NCBI GenBank assembly: GCA_024281015.1
Contig: JAMXLL010000181.1
Span: forward strand, 1 to 50,361
Source of the DNA: Candidatus Binataceae bacterium
GTDB lineage: Bacteria > Desulfobacterota > Binatia > Binatales > Binataceae
Direction of reading: 5' to 3'
Length of the DNA stretch: 50,361 nt
The number at the start of each line of letters is the position of its first letter. The first letter of the stretch is position 1. Of the stretch, positions 48,988 through 50,361 are shown piece after piece. The translations under genes were made by a program, and so were the position numbers. The notes below the pieces were generated by a model that was not told the origin of the DNA, ran no database searches, and saw nothing but the letters and a program-made list of their open reading frames with translations.

Positions 48988-50172
48988 TCAGAAGGCTACC
49001 GTATTTCTCTTCCCTTGCCAGGGAAAATGCGACTCTGCGTCAGGCACAAAATCTTCAGCGTCTTTGCTGTCAGGCTTTCTTCCTTGATCGCTCTGGAGGG
49101 GAACACCCTCAGGATAGCGATGCTGCTGGTCGTGATTGCGCTCGGTAATAGCGTCACCCGACACTTTTGCCCGGCCAGAAAGACTCGACGCAAATACCTC
49201 GATATATTTCTCCCCGATGGCTTGTTTTGTGTAATGACTAAGGTGTTCCGCTGCGGCCGCTCTGTATCGGGCTCGCGTTTCCGGTGAAGTCAAGAGCTCC
49301 TCCAGACAGGCGGTGAGCGCATCGCAATCACCGTTGGGAAAGGTAACTCCGCAAGGACCAATCGCTCCTTTGAGTCCTCCCCCCTCGGAACCGACGAGTA
49401 CGCAGCCGCATGCAATTCCTTCTAGCGCGACGACACCGAACGGCTCATTCCAAACGGAAGGAACAACCATGATCTGGTGCGAGTTCAGGGAATCGGCAAG
49501 TTCCCGTCCGGTCTTAACTCCACCGAACGTTACCTGGCCTGCGATTCCTAGCTCGTGCGCAGTTGCTCGAAGCCGGTTCTCCTCGGAACCCGAGCCGATG
49601 ATTGTCAAGCGTGGATTGAGCTTTTTCGACTTCAGAATTGACAGAGATTTCAGTAAAAGAGCTGCTCCTTTGTCCGGAACCAGACGTCCGCAAAAGACCA
49701 GTTCTCTGCTTCTGGGGCGATTCGGTATCTCCCGAAAGACTTCATCATCATAGGGGTTGCCGATTACTACGGAGGGAGTGCGTACGTGAGACGCGATTGC
49801 CGTACTGATGGAGATACCAGTCGCGCGATTGAGCACTTGATGGCGCAGCTTGCCACCCAGCCCGGCAGAAGATATCCACGTCGCGTGAGTGACAATCCAA
49901 GGCCGGGATATGACCAGCAGCGGCCAGGCCGTTCGCAGGCTGATATTGTTATGGAGATAGACATCACACCATCGGAGCAGGCTCAGCAGCCGCGCGGGCC
50001 TTGGCTGGCGAACTACCCGGTATGGAAGGAGCATCTTTTTCGTGGATGGGGTTTGAGTAACCAGCCTCACCTCATGGCCCATACGAGTAAATTGGCTGGC
50101 AAGCAACGCCGAAACAGTTTGGAGACCGCCCACAGTCGGCGAAAACATATGCGATGATATGAGTATCTTCAC
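48988..50172 (-). CDS. Glycosyltransferase family 4
   Basis: FSPTVGG, GRLVPDKG and VVPSVWNEPFGVVALEGIACG motifs. Confidence 0.9.
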   Translation of the reverse strand: MKILISSHMFSPTVGGLQTVSALLASQFTRMGHEVRLVTQTPSTKKMLLPYRVVRQPRPARLLSLLRWCDVYLHNNISLRTAWPLLVISRPWIVTHATWISSAGLGGKLRHQVLNRATGISISTAIASHVRTPSVVIGNPYDDEVFREIPNRPRSRELVFCGRLVPDKGAALLLKSLSILKSKKLNPRLTIIGSGSEENRLRATAHELGIAGQVTFGGVKTGRELADSLNSHQIMVVPSVWNEPFGVVALEGIACGCVLVGSEGGGLKGAIGPCGVTFPNGDCDALTACLEELLTSPETRARYRAAAAEHLSHYTKQAIGEKYIEVFASSLSGRAKVSGDAITERNHDQQHRYPEGVPLQSDQGRKPDSKDAEDFVPDAESHFPWQGKRNTVAF

Positions 50173-50361
50173 CTCTGCTCCGTTCTCTGCTGTTTTAGTG
50201 ACCCGGCCGCCATTATCAGGCAGAAAACCTCGAAAATTGTAAGTCTTCGGCTTGCTCTAGCGGTACGTCGCGGAGCTGCTTCGTCAATCATCCAAGGACC
50301 GGGCACAATCGGTGTTCGCTAAACAGCCAAACACGAGTGCTTTGCACTGTTCAGGACCGAG

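Noticed and set aside
50284-50361. Possible 3' end of an upstream minus-strand gene
   Set aside because: Only about 25 codons are visible and the frame cannot be determined.

Overview
About 50 kb of ordinary chromosomal DNA from a moderately GC-rich bacterium. The gene mix (three amidohydrolase paralogs, class III CoA-transferases, a small excisionase-type HTH, aminotransferase-serA-purA) is most reminiscent of Ca. Binatota or related deltaproteobacteria, which is inference only. In order, the window holds: the 3' part of a VWA membrane protein; a VOC-nitroreductase-CoA-transferase-pair operon; ArsC; rpmB; class V aminotransferase-serA-purA preceded by a terminator-like leader; an APH kinase; an EmrA-like adaptor; a membrane VWA-FHA protein; an ECH/amidohydrolase/SnoaL group; an MFS; YjbR; a quinone oxidoreductase; an ALDH1L-like formyltransferase; a sulfite reductase-APS reductase-unknown operon with a divergent 3-Cys Rrf2 regulator and an IscR-like operator; an SDR; NIPSNAP; an HNL-like cupin; glgX-malQ; two secreted proteins; and the 3' end of a surface-polysaccharide cluster (4 GT4, a polymerase-like membrane protein, 2 methyltransferases). 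I saw no rRNA, tRNA, CRISPR array, transposase, integrase or phage gene. The best candidates for undescribed biology are a ~135-nt structured intergenic element (32630-32763), the probable attenuator upstream of the serine/purine operon, the Fe-S Rrf2 sulfur-assimilation module with its unknown third gene, and a family of dispersed REP/MITE-like repeats.
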